DNA of 63,927 nucleotides, filler included, from Octopus bimaculoides (Eukaryota), in NCBI RefSeq assembly GCF_001194135.2. It is 6 parts of 6 records of this genome, joined end to end, with 100 filler letters (N's around TTAATTAATTAA, not from the genome) between each part and the next. Parts side by side here need not be neighbours in the genome. Positions count along the whole stretch, not along the records: positions 50,945 to 61,481 come from NC_068997.1; positions 61,582 to 62,711 come from NW_026355551.1; positions 62,812 to 63,927 come from NC_069004.1; 3 more parts are not named here. The stretch is one strand, 5' to 3'. Both the position numbers and the translations under genes were made by a program. Shown piece after piece: positions 50,845 through 63,885 of the stretch. The first letter of the stretch is position 1. Every line of letters begins with the position of its first letter. The notes under the pieces were generated by a model that saw only the letters and a list, made by a program, of their open reading frames with translations, did no database searches and was not told the origin of the DNA.

Positions 50845-51563
50845 NNNNNNNNNNNNNNNNNNNNNNNNNNNNNNNNNNNNNNNNNNNNTTAATTAATTAA
50901 NNNNNNNNNNNNNNNNNNNNNNNNNNNNNNNNNNNNNNNNNNNNCAGTAGAAGCAAGAATGCCGCCTCATAAAAGCTTCGCCCAGAGCCGATCGCCCCCA
51001 CCGCACCACTCACCGCCAACCCTACCTAGCTACAATATTCATATAATACATAACGTGCCGCTCCCCCAAAAGTGCCGCCTGAGGCAGACCGCCCCTGGTG
51101 CCCTTTTAGCTTTCTTAGCAGTTGTTGTTCAGCTTCAGCTCGAATCTGATCAATCCTACATCTGAGCGATGACATACGGGCTGCAACCAGCTCGTGTGTC
51201 TTTTGGTTTTTTGGGGTTTTTTTTTTTTACACATGTAGCATATCCAGAAATTTTATCATCCAATATGTCTTTCTCATTACGAAGGCGGTTATTTAGCTGC
51301 TATTTTACTAGATCTTACGGTCACGTAGTGTTCATCAGCTGGTGAGGGTTTAAAATTCGATTGAATAAATTCCAGTTTACACAATTGTGTGTGTATGCAC
51401 GAGCGTGTGTGTGTGTGTAGATAGATAGATAGATCTGTATGTATGCATGCTTGTATGTATGTATGTATGCGTGTGTATATGTGTATGTGTGTGTGTCTAT
51501 GTGTGTGTGTGCATGCATATATGTATGTATGTATGTATGTANNNNNNNNNNGTGTGTGCATGC

Positions 51564-51596
<33 letters not shown>

Positions 51597-52974
51597 TGCA
51601 TGCATGCATGTATGTATGTATGTATGTATGTGTGTGTATGTATGTATGAATGTATGTATGTGTATGTATGTATGTATGTATGTATGTATGTATGTGTGTA
51701 TGTGTTTATCAAAGGCATTCCAGCCGTCTCCTTCTAGTTTATTGTCTGGCATAATGCATCTTGGATTACAGTAATGAACATGTGTAACCCACTCGTTTAA
51801 GCTCGTAGCTGAGATATTGAGGGATATTTGGAAGCAATTTCTAAGAGACGAGGGGTTATGTAGGTGTACTGTATTTGGGTCTATAGGCATGTATATTAAG
51901 TATTTTATAAGCACCAGCGTCTATAACTTTGTGGAAAATAACTTTCTATATGTGTGTTTACGCGCGCGTATGTATGTCTCGTTGCGTGCGATACAGGCAT
52001 ACACACACACACACACACACACACATATGTACGTATGTATATATATATATANNNNNNNNNNNNNNNNNNNNNNNNNNNNNNNNNNNNNNNNNNNNNNNNN
52101 NNNNNNNNNNNNNNNNNNNNNNNNNNNNNNNNNNNNNNNNNNNNNNNNNNNNNNNNNNNNNNNNNNNNNNNNNNNNNNNNNNNNNNNNNNNNNNNNNNNN
52201 NNNNNNNNNNNNNNNNNNNNNNNNNNNNNNNNNNNNNNNNNNNNNNNNNNNNNNNNNNNNNNNNNNNNNNNNNNNNNNNNNNNNNNNNNNNNNNNNNNNN
52301 NNNNNNNNNNNNNNNNNNNNNNNNNNNNNNAAATGCACATACGTGTGTGTATGTGTGTGTGTTTGTATGTGTGTACGTGTCTTTGTGTTTCCTTCAGCCA
52401 CTACGTTACAACCGCTATTGGTTTGTTTATATCCTCATCAATAGCAGTCTGACAAAAGAAACCGGTGGAATATGTGCTGGTCAATTTAACCCGTCCTATC
52501 ATGGTCGCAGTCCAATAACTAAGGTAAGGAAAAGAATAACAGAAAAAACTATTTTCAAATAGTCTTTGTAATAATATAAGCACTAAACTTGAAATCAGTG
52601 TCAGAATCCTCAGCGGGTAGTAAAATAGAAGAGTCGTCGCTGGATTTCAACGGTGATAGCTGCATTCGATTTCATGTGATGGTTGCATGATTAAAAGAGA
52701 AGCAAAGCGGGTAATAATATAGGTCAAAATAGGCCGGATATTCATTGGTAGGATAAATGCTGATCGGTACCACTGGAGGTAGTTATACTGTCGAAAGGTG
52801 GCGAAATCGACGTGATTTCCAGTCGACGGCTGATGAAGAGGATGTTCTGCAGTACACACTACAGTTTGTAAAATATTGAATTCACTGACGTTGTTGACGC
52901 TGGCAAGATGCGAGGTTTCTTTCATTGACATTTTTTACAAAATTTAGCTTACACAGGTTAATGAGTGTAAAACA

Positions 52975-53099
52975 AAATAGGTATTTTGAAAGGAGCATCA
53001 ATAGAACTAGTTTTTAATCGTAGAATGGCTATGGGGGTCCACCAGAAAAGAACCGTAATCAAAGGGGTCCATAGACAAAAAATGGCTGAAAACTACTGG
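52975..53099 (+). mobile_element. hAT-type MITE, copy 4 (3' part)
   Basis: gaatggctatgggggtccacc...aatcaaaggggtccatagacaaaaaatggctgaaaactactg. Confidence 0.7.
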
Positions 53100-53424
53100 G
53101 TAAACCTTTGAAGGTGGAGTTCCAGCATGACCACAGTCCAAAGAAAGAAATAAGTTAAAGATAAAAGGTAAAACATAGATATTCATACATGCATAACCAT
53201 ACCTTGATATATAGTGATAAATCGCGTTTTAGCTTCGATCTCTTTCTTTTTTTTTTTAAAAGAAAAGATATTAAATACTGTTGTCTTAGATGCAATGTAC
53301 CTAACAATAAATAGGCAGGAATGGGCCATGCACACAAGCATGCAGACAGGCGTGCTTGTATGCAAGTACGCTTGTATGTAGGTAGGTATGAGTGTATGCA
53401 TATACATACATATATATGTGTGTA

Positions 53425-53469
<45 letters not shown>

Positions 53470-53853
53470 NNNNNNNNNNNNNNNNNNNNNNNNNNNNNNN
53501 NNNNNNNNNNNNNNNNNNNNNNNNNNNNNNNNNNNNNNNNNNNNNNNNNNNNNNNNNNNNNNNNNNNNNNNNNNNNNNNNNNNNNNNNNNNNNNNNNNNN
53601 NNNNNNNNNNNNNNNNNNNNNNNNNNNNNNNNNNNNNNNNNNNNNNNNNNNNNNNNNNNNNNNNNNNNNNNNNNNNNNNNNNNNNNNNNNNNNNNNNNNN
53701 NNNNNNNNNNNNNNNNNNNNNNNNNNNNNNNNNNNNNNNNNNNNNNNNNNNNNNNNNNNNNNNNNNNNNNNNNNNNNNNNNNNNNNNNNNNNNNNNNNNN
53801 NNNNNNNNNNNNNNNNNNNNTATATATATATATATCCATATATATAAATATAT

Positions 53854-53905
<52 letters not shown>

Positions 53906-54116
53906 GCACACACATACATACATACACACACACACACATACATACATACATACATACATACATACATACATACATACATGCATACATATGCCTTTGATCA
54001 GGGCTGATAGGGCTAAACAACATTAAAAATAATAAAAAAACAAATATGGAAGCTATTGACTGCAGAATGCCTGTCTATACATAACCTTCATTTGCAGATG
54101 CACGTGCGTACAGAAG

Positions 54117-54200
<84 letters not shown>

Positions 54201-54454
54201 TACACATTGTCATATCCATATTCCGTTTCTCTCGCATACACACACAATAATGAATTCAGTTATTGGCACGACCCCAGAATGTGTAGGGTAGGGATGAATA
54301 GGGAACTGCATCGATTTGTGTGTATAACTAATACATATTTTATCGATCTCAGTCTTGTTTGAACTCAGAACAAAGAGCTATTTCCTCCGACTGTGTCCTA
54401 CACAACTCCGACCACATAACTTTCCTGACCGACACGGAAGCACACGCACGCACG

Positions 54455-54493
<39 letters not shown>

Positions 54494-54559
54494 ACTCATA
54501 TTTATATGTATGTGTGTGTGTATGTGTGTGTTAATGTGAGTGAGTATATGTGAATGTGA

Positions 54560-54755
54560 ATGCGTCTTAGTGCTTGCGTTGTGTTTGCCTCCACCATCGC
54601 TTGACAACTTGTGTTAGTTTGTTTACATCCCTGTAAACATAGCGGTTCGACATAACAGAACGATAAAATAAAACATCACTTTGCTCGACTAAAAGCCCAT
54701 CAAGGTTGTGCCCCAGCTTGGCCGCAGTCCAATGACTGTAGCAAGTAAAAGGAAA
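54560..54755 (+). mobile_element. SINE family C, 3' half, decayed
   Basis: ccatcgcttgacaac...ccccagcttggccgcagtccaatgactg. Confidence 0.7.
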
Positions 54756-55374
54756 ATAAATGATACATACATTCTCACGGTGGTGCACCAGCATGACCGC
54801 AGCCACTTGGCTGAAACACATAAATAAATAAATAAATAAATACATGCACACATACACACACAAACGCACAAACACTCACGCACACATACACACACATCTA
54901 CAACGAGTGTCCTAGTAGTTTATTACTGTACCCACGCTAATTGTTTCAAATGACCATGTAGACGCCATTAGACGTAAATGACCAACCTGCTCTCATTGTC
55001 CAGCAGAACAGTCAGGGTGTGACAGACATCAGCGTGTGAGAGCTGTACCAACACTGGTCTTCAGCATATACGGTACTGATTCCAAAAAAATGCATCTTTC
55101 CTTCTGGCGTAGTTTGAACCCGTGGAGCGAGCCGCACTTTTTGTTCAATGTTACAAAGCTACCCAAATAGCTATCAGTCTACATTTAACCATATCCATAC
55201 TATATGTCTATGTGAGAGTATCCGAACATACATACATACATACATACAGACAGACATACAGACAGACAGACAGACAGACAGACTGACAGACAGACAGAAC
55301 AGTATGTCATAAATATATATATATATATATACAAATATATACATATAGGCGTGGCTATATACATGTATATATTT

Positions 55375-55570
55375 GTGTGTGTCTGTGTTTCTCCCCCCAC
55401 TATCGCTTGACAACCGATGTTGGTGTGTTTACGTCCCCGTAATTTAGCGGTTCAGCAAAAGATACCGATACAATAAGTATTAGGCTTGCAAATAGTAAAT
55501 CAATTTCTTCGACTGAAGTCGGTGCTACAGCATGGTCGCAGTCAAATGACTGAAACAAGTTAAAGAATAA
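55375..55570 (+). mobile_element. SINE family C, 3' half
   Basis: ctatcgcttgacaaccgatgttggtgtgtttacgtccccg...cagtcaaatgactgaaacaagttaaagaataa. Confidence 0.85.
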
Positions 55571-56099
55571 AATATATTTTTTAAATATACGTATATATAC
55601 ATATATATACACACACTCACCATACACACACATACATACAAACATGCATACATACATACAAACATACATACGTACGTACATACATACATGCTTATATATA
55701 CATACATACATACATGCATACATACATAAAACAGATACATAGATACATGCATGCATACATAGATACACATATTACATACACACATACATAAACATGTGTA
55801 CATATATATGTGTCTATATATGTGTGAATATGTGTGTATATATATGTATGTATGTATGTACGCATGTATGTATCTATATATATATTCACCACGCGCGCAC
55901 CATTTTGTAATTTATTTCATTAAAAGCTTTGCTAAAATTTTACACAAAGGAATATTCTTTGTGTATATTAAGTTTTTATTGATATATATATATATAAAAC
56001 ATATATGTATGTACGTTCGTACGTGTGTATGTATGTATGTATGTATGTATGTATATGTTTTATGTGTGTATGTATGTATATATGTATGTATGTATACTT

Positions 56100-56509
56100 T
56101 TCTACTCTAGGCACAAGGCCCAACATTTTTGGGGAAGGGACCAGTCGACTAGATCGAATCAGTATGCAACTGGTACTTAATTTATCGACCCCGAAAAGAT
56201 GAAAGGCAAAGTCGACCTCGGCGGAATTTGAACTCAGAACGTGAAAACAGACGAAAAACCGCTAAGCATTTCGCCCGGCGTACTAACGTTTCTTATTTCT
56301 TTATTGCCCACAGGGGGCTAAACATAGAGGAGACAAACAAGGACAGACAAACGGATTAAGTCGATTATATCGACCCAGTGCGTAACTGGTACTTCTTTAA
56401 TCAACCCCGAAAGGATGAAAGACAAAGTGGACCTCGGCGGAATTTGAACACAGAACGTAGCAGCAGACGAAATACCGCTAAGCATTTAGCTCGGCGTGCT
56501 AACGCTTCT
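56100..56509 (-). mobile_element. SINE A-long (56289-56509) joined head-to-tail to a second A copy (56100-56288)
   Basis: Minus-strand junction aaagaaataagaaa|cgttagtacgccgggcg, the same junction as at 263/264. Confidence 0.85.
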
Positions 56510-57240
56510 NNNNNNNNNNNNNNNNNNNNNNNNNNNNNNNNNNNNNNNNNNNNNNNNNNNNNNNNNNNNNNNNNNNNNNNNNNNNNNNNNNNNNNNNNNN
56601 NNNNNNNNNNNNNNNNNNNNNNNNNNNNNNNNNNNNNNNNNNNNNNNNNNNNNNNNNNNNNNNNNNNNNNNNNNNNNNNNNNNNNNNNNNNNNNNNNNNN
56701 NNNNNNNNNNNNNNNNNNNNNNNNNNNNNNNNNNNNNNNNNNNNNNNNNNNNNNNNNNNNNNNNNNNNNNNNNNNNNNNNNNNNNNNNNNNNNNNNNNNN
56801 NNNNNNNNNNNNNNNNNNNNNNNNNNNNNNNNNNNNNNNNNNNNNNNNNNNNNNNNNNNNNNNNNNNNNNNNNNNNNNNNNNNNNNNNNNNNNNNNNNNN
56901 NNNNNNNNNNNNNNNNNNNNNNNNNNNNNNNNNNNNNNNNNNNNNNNNNNNNNNNNNNNNNNNNNNNNNNNNNNNNNNNNNNNNNNNNNNNNNNNNNNNN
57001 NNNNNNNNNNNNNNNNNNNNNNNNNNNNNNNNNNNNNNNNNNNNNNNNNNNNNNNNNNNNNNNNNNNNNTTTATTTCATTAAAAGCTTTGCTAAAATTTT
57101 ACACAAAGGAATATTCTTTGTGTATATTAAGTTTTTATTGATATATATATATATAAAACATATATGTATGTACGTTCGTACGTGTGTATGTATGTATGTA
57201 TGTATGTATGTATATGTATATATATATATATATATATATA

Positions 57241-57450
57241 GTTCAAAAAAACAATAACAAAAAAACATAAAAACAACAAAGTGAGGACGTGATATGGATA
57301 GTATTATTGGACGCTCAGGAAAGGAAAGAGAGAGTGTATGACGTTTCGGGCGTAAGCCCTTCGTCGGAAAGATGGAAAGTTCGGAGAATGGAAGAACGGA
57401 GAAAGAGGAAAATGGTACCGATGCCCACGAGGTTACATTATGAAATATAT
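57241..57450 (-). mobile_element. Probable Penelope-like element terminal fragment carrying a hammerhead-like motif
   Basis: Minus-strand ccgacga-a-gggcttacgccc-gaaa-cgtc at 57339-57367. Confidence 0.45.
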
Positions 57451-57529
57451 ATATATATGTATGTATATACACATGTATGTACATATTTATCTATATACAG
57501 ATATAGATATGTATATACATGCATATATA

Positions 57530-57571
<42 letters not shown>

Positions 57572-57897
57572 TATGCTCTCACGCTCTGTAACAGAGGTGT
57601 AAGAATACAAATAGGTTGCGATTCACTGAAGCTATTTCATGTCCTTTGTCCAGTTGTCCAGTTGTCCATTTGCATTGGTTGCAGTCGTGAGTAACCTGTG
57701 ATAACAACCTGGCATGGTCTAAAATATCTAAACAAGGAAACGAGTGGCTTCAGCTGAAGACTGACCATTGCCTGTCAGTGGCGTCCGTTAAGTCGGTCAG
57801 TCAGTCGTTTAAACCCACAGCTAAGAGCCTCTCTGTATGCGCGTGCGCGTGCTTATTGCTCGTATACTCACTCACACACTAACATAACTTAAACACA

Positions 57898-57931
<34 letters not shown>

Positions 57932-57984
57932 GATACACACATACATACATGTATGTACGCATACACACAAACGCATAACTGTTA

Positions 57985-58190
57985 TTTTTTACGTGTTTCA
58001 CTCATTCCATTTGGACCATACTGGAGCACTGCCTTGAAGAGTTTAGTCGAACAAATCGACGCCAGTACTTTATTTTTAAGCTTGGTACTTCTTTTATCAG
58101 ACTCTTATGCAGAACCGCTAAGTAATGGGGGCGCAAACAAAGTAGCACCGATAGTCAAGAAGTGGCGGGGAACAACACACACACACACAC
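57985..58190 (-). mobile_element. SINE family C, 3' half, decayed
   Basis: ccatactggagcactgcc...gtcgaacaaatcgacgccag...gcagaaccgctaagt. Confidence 0.75.
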
Positions 58191-59852
58191 ACAAAGATAT
58201 ATGCATACATACATACATATATATATATANNNNNNNNNNNNNNNNNNNNNNNNNNNNNNNNNNNNNNNNNNNNNNNNNNNNNNNNNNNNNNNNNNNNNNN
58301 NNNNNNNNNNNNNNNNNNNNNNNNNNNNNNNNNNNNNNNNNNNNNNNNNNNNNNNNNNNNNNNNNNNNNNNNNNNNNNNNNNNNNNNNNNNNNNNNNNNN
58401 NNNNNNNNNNNNNNNNNNNNNNNNNNNNNNNNNNNNNNNNNNNNNNNNNNNNNNNNNNNNNNNNNNNNNNNNNNNNNNNNNNNNNNNNNNNNNNNNNNNN
58501 NNNNNNNNNNNNNNNNNNNNNNNNNNNNNNNNNNNNNNNNNNNNNNNNNNNNNNNNNNNNNNNNNNNNNNNNNNNNNNNNNNNNNNNNNNNNNNNNNNNN
58601 NNNNNNNNNNNNNNNNNNNNNNNNNNNNNNNNNNNNNNNNNNNNNNNNNNNNNNNNNNNNNNNNNNNNNNNNNNNNNNNNNNNNNNNNNNNNNNNNNNNN
58701 NNNNNNNNNNNNNNNNNNNNNNNNNNNNNNNNNNNNNNNNNNNNNNNNNNNNNNNNNNNNNNNNNNNNNNNNNNNNNNNNNNNNNNNNNNNNNNNNNNNN
58801 NNNNNNNNNNNNNNNNNNNNNNNNNNNNNNNNNNNNNNNNNNNNNNNNNNNNNNNNNNNNNNNNNNNNNNNNNNNNNNNNNNNNNNNNNNNNNNNNNNNN
58901 NNNNNNNNNNNNNNNNNNNNNNNNNNNNNNNNNNNNNNNNNNNNNNNNNNNNNNNNNNNNNNNNNNNNNNNNNNNNNNNNNNNNNNNNNNNNNNNNNNNN
59001 NNNNNNNNNNNNNNNNNNNNNNNNNNNNNNNNNNNNNNNNNNNNNNNNNNNNNNNNNNNNNNNNNNNNNNNNNNNNNNNNNNNNNNNNNNNNNNNNNNNN
59101 NNNNNNNNNNNNNNNNNNNNNNNNNNNNNNNNNNNNNNNNNNNNNNNNNNNNNNNNNNNNNNNNNNNNNNNNNNNNNNNNNNNNNNNNNNNNNNNNNNNN
59201 NNNNNNNNNNNNNNNNNNNNGTACATATATATGCATATACTCATATATTATTTGTATATATATATATATATATATATACACAGTGCTATACACATGCACA
59301 CATATAACGTGTTTTGTGTGTGTGTGTGAATGTGTGTCTGCGAATGTGTGTGTGTGCGTGCGCGTGTGGGCGCTTGTGTGATGTCTACTACTCACTGACC
59401 TGTTCAGCACACATGACCTCACTCCGGATTATAAACTCCAGCTGACATATCTCTATGGGTCACATAGACGACTAAAGCACCCCACACGTTATGGGATGAG
59501 TCACACTTGTGGACTACCTCTCTACCTCTCTTTCTGTCGTCTAACTTAAACGACCTCTGGATCTCTTTTACTACAGTTTCAAACATTTTCTCCATATTTA
59601 TCTCTTTAAACACAAACACCAACGTACACACACACCCATCATTCTTGCTTCTAATGTACTCCTGGTTTTACATACCTACATACATACAGAGAAAAGTGTA
59701 TGCATACTTACATACATACATGCATTCATACACGCGTACATACATAGTTACAAACATATACATACGTGTAAGCATAAAAGATTATATAGATAACTATATA
59801 TATTTATATATATGCATAACGTATACCTATGTGCGTTTCTGTGTGTGTGTGT

Positions 59853-59899
<47 letters not shown>

Positions 59900-60505
59900 T
59901 GTGTTTGTGTTAAAAACGAGTACGAACGAAGAAGCATTAAATATATGCTAAAGAATCTAATTCTATTAGTTTAGAAAGTTTGTTGTCCTTCCGACGTTTC
60001 GCAAAAGAAGGCTTATCAAGTAAATTGGTTGATAGGAAAGTTCAACGTCACAAATAGCTTACGCAATATTCACATGTTTACATATGTAAATATACATNNN
60101 NNNNNNNNNNNNNNNNNNNNNNNNNNNNNNNNNNNNNNNNNNNNNNNNNNNNNNNNNNNNNNNNNNNNNNNNNNNNNNNNNNNNNNNNNNNNNNNNNNNN
60201 NNNNNNNNNNNNNNNNNNNNNNNNNNNNNNNNNNNNNNNNNNNNNNNNNNNNNNNNNNNNNNNNNNNNNNNNNNNNNNNNNNNNNNNNNNNNNNNNNNNN
60301 NNNNNNNNNNNNNNNNNNNNNNNNNNNNNNNNNNNNNNNNNNNNNNNNNNNNNNNNNNNNNNNNNNNNNNNNNNNNNNNNNNNNNNNNNNNNNNNNNNNN
60401 NNNNNNNNNNNNNNNNNNNNNNNNNNNNNNNNNNNNNNNNNNNNNNNNNNNNNNNNNNNNNNNNNNNNNNNNNNNNNNNNNNNNNNNNNNNNNNNNNNNN
60501 NNNNN

Positions 60506-60550
<45 letters not shown>

Positions 60551-60681
60551 CACATACATACATACATACATACATAAATACGTACATACATACAAAACTA
60601 CCTCCATACATATATGCATATGAAGATATACATATGCATACATTCAGACAAACACACCTACACGCACGCACATGCACACAC

Positions 60682-60768
<87 letters not shown>

Positions 60769-61654
60769 AAAGTGTATATATATTCATACTTATATGCATA
60801 TATGTATACACGAACATATATTCATGTATATATGTGTGTGTGTATGTATAAACATATATATATATTTATATATACATATACATATACATATATATATATC
60901 TATACATGTATTCATATAAATGTTACCATACATCAACCGATCAATAGCTCGATCGATCGATCGCTCGGTCAATCGATAGTGACACAGAGAGAGAGAGAGA
61001 GAGAGGGTGAGAGAAAGAGAAAGTGAGAGAGAGATTGGACAGAGGCTATGCTAGAGTACGTCCATCAATTGTTCTTGTTGACCCTGGTCCTTATTTCTGT
61101 CCCTTACTTGTATTATTAATACTTCTTTCAGTAATTCTAGTGGTGGCAACATGAACACAAACACACACATAGAACCACACATACACGCATACACACCTCT
61201 TTACATGCAAACGCATGCATACCTACAGGCATACATACATACACACATACATAACTTACATTCATACATACATACATACACAAACACTGTCAAATACAAT
61301 AATATATATCCATACATATGTACATGTATGTATATACGTATATGAACGACAAGCGTAGTTACCCTAGGGGTTACGGGCAGGAGATATTTGCCCAAGGTGC
61401 TGCAGCGGAAGGATTGTACCAGGAGCTCCACAGTGTTCAAAAGAAATTTTTTATGTTGTATATATGTGTGCACGCGCATCANNNNNNNNNNNNNNNNNNN
61501 NNNNNNNNNNNNNNNNNNNNNNNNNTTAATTAATTAANNNNNNNNNNNNNNNNNNNNNNNNNNNNNNNNNNNNNNNNNNNNATATTAATTAATATATGAT
61601 TAATTAACAGATTTTATAATAATATATATAAATATATGTATGTATGTGTTTGCA

Positions 61655-61850
61655 TGTCTGTGTTTGTCCCCGCAACATCGCTTGACAACCGATCCTGGTG
61701 TATTTACATCCCCGTAACTTAGCAGTTCGGCAAACAAGACTGATAGAATAAGTACTAGGCTTCCAAAGAATAAGTCCTGGGGTCGATTTGCTCGACTAAA
61801 GGTAGTACTCCAGTATGGCTGCAGTCAAATGACTGAAACAAGTAAAAGAG
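61655..61850 (+). mobile_element. SINE family C, 3' half
   Basis: catcgcttgacaaccgat...gatagaataagtactaggc...ggggtcgatttgctcgactaaagg...gactgaaacaagtaaaagag. Confidence 0.9.
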
Positions 61851-62041
61851 TATACACATTAAAATACGCTATGTGAATTACCTGAAGAAAACTGGAGCAA
61901 ACAACTGCTCAAATGTCGTGAAAGAAACAAGCCAGATGAGGACACCCATCCAACTAATGTAATAAATTTCTTATCCCAGAAATATACAGGGTGTCCACAA
62001 AGTCTGGATACGTGGGGATTAACACATACTTTAACACATAC

Positions 62042-62350
62042 GAGCCAGTGGCACGTGAAAAAGTTATTTGAGCGAAGTTGTTGCCAGTGCCGCTGGACGA
62101 GCTCCTGTGCAGGTAGCACGGAAAAAACACCATTTGAGTGTGGCTGTTGCCAGTACCGCCTGACTGGCCCTAGTGCCACTGGCACGTAAAATCACCCACT
62201 ACACTCTCAGTGTGGTTGGTTTTAGGAAGGGCACCCAGCTGTAAAAACTCTGCCAGATCAGATTGGTTTGTCAGTCCTTGGTCAAATCGTCCAACCCATG
62301 CCAGCATGGAAAGCAGACGTTAAACGATGATGATGATGATGATGATGATG
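62042..62350 (+). mobile_element. RTE-tailed SINE-like element (family E) ending in (GAT)n
   Basis: Three ggcacg(t/g)aaaa units, then cgtccaacccatgccagcatggaaagcagacgttaaacgatgatgatg; reverse copies at 37922 and 38698. Confidence 0.8.
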
Positions 62351-62475
62351 CAGAAGCATTTGTTATAGCAGGAACAGCTTTTGCACTTCATTCAAAATTT
62401 AGGTCTTGTGCTTTTAAAATAAAACTCATAAACCCAGAGTCTCATAAAGCAGATTTTTGTAAAGTGAGGTATTAT

Positions 62476-62479
<4 letters not shown>

Positions 62480-62571
<92 letters not shown>
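62480..62571. repeat. (TG)n microsatellite, about 46 units
   Basis: Uninterrupted run; a similar (CA)n run lies at 54121-54194. Confidence 0.95.
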
Positions 62572-62572
<1 letters not shown>

Positions 62573-62811
62573 ATGTAAGTGCATGAGTATGTATATAAAT
62601 ATATATATATATATATCCATCTACATGTGTGTATACATGTATTTATATATCATACATACATATATATATATATATATCAGACATAATGTATACATATAGT
62701 GAGGGCATGTGNNNNNNNNNNNNNNNNNNNNNNNNNNNNNNNNNNNNNNNNNNNNTTAATTAATTAANNNNNNNNNNNNNNNNNNNNNNNNNNNNNNNNN
62801 NNNNNNNNNNN

Positions 62812-62904
<93 letters not shown>

Positions 62905-63068
62905 ATAGATAATGAGAGATAGATAGATAGATATGCATGTGTGTATATGTATGTGTATTTGAGCGCGTGTGCATGTACACGTCTGTATGTATACGTATAC
63001 ATATACACATCATTCTAAGGAAAGATGTATGTATGTATGTATGTTTGTTTGTTTTCTCTGTGTGTGTA

Positions 63069-63100
<32 letters not shown>

Positions 63101-63513
63101 TGTGCGCGCGCGCGCGTAGAAATGTCACCGTGTACACATCCTATGAATGTCCCTCTCTCATCTAAAATATCTTAAACCAACTCCGATAAACATTCACAGG
63201 GAAATCGTTAACGATGTAAGGGAGAGAACTCCGGACACCGTTCGTCTGTCTCGGACAAAAATGTGTTGATTTTTTTCTCAAATGTCCTGATATCTCCGAG
63301 TAAAATTTGCTTGATCGCCAAAGATAGTAAAAATCGATGGAACTGAAAGGAACGAGGGATGTTCTGTGGCAGCACATGGAATGGAATAAAATTAATGTTG
63401 CAGAGAAAGGAAAAAGAAGTCTTGCTTTTCTAAAAGAACTCATTTTTTGGAACAAGTTAAAATCTGAAGAGAGAGGAAGTGTGTGGGAGGGCTATTTTAT
63501 CTTACTTTATATA

Positions 63514-63885
63514 CGAGGGTGAGTCAAAAAGTAATGCCATTTTCATTAGGACAGCTATAATTACGAACACAGGAACATACATCATACATCATACATCAAA
63601 ATGAAGCTGGTCCTCTGTGGATCACATCCCTACTTCTCAACATAGTCACCGTTTCTCTCAGTAGCAATGTTCCACCTTCGAATGAGAGCATGTATCCCTT
63701 CCCTGTAAAATTCTGTTGACTGTTCTTTGAGCCACTTCTTCACTGCAGTTTCCACTTTCTCGTCACCAAATTTAGCGCCTTCAGACTATCATCTCTTCGA
63801 CCCCATGAAAGAGGGTTTGAGAGGCAAACGTTATTCCAGTGACGAGGCACGAAAACAAAATGACATTACTTTTTAACTCACGTCG
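63514..63885 (-). mobile_element. Mariner deletion derivative (372 bp) with an internal inversion
   Basis: TIRs cgagggtgagtcaaaaagtaatgccatttt / aaaatgacattactttttaactcacgtcg; TA on both flanks; transposase remnants on both strands. Confidence 0.9.

Noticed and set aside
52486-52961. Possible piggyBac element bounded by TTAA
   Set aside because: The left ttaacccg lies inside a decayed SINE C tail and the ends share only a few bases
57750-57805. gactgacc...ggtcagtc hairpin as a pre-miRNA
   Set aside because: Only 8 bp of stem with a 28-nt unpaired interior; no match to conserved miRNAs I recall here or elsewhere in the window
41480-61000. Long ORFs rich in HT, YI, CV or X
   Set aside because: They are translations of dinucleotide repeats and N-gaps, not genes
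61865-62190. Start-less open frame ELPEENWSKQLLKCRERNKPDED...
   Set aside because: It runs through a TIR-like piece and a family E element, and there are no splice signals or recognisable homology
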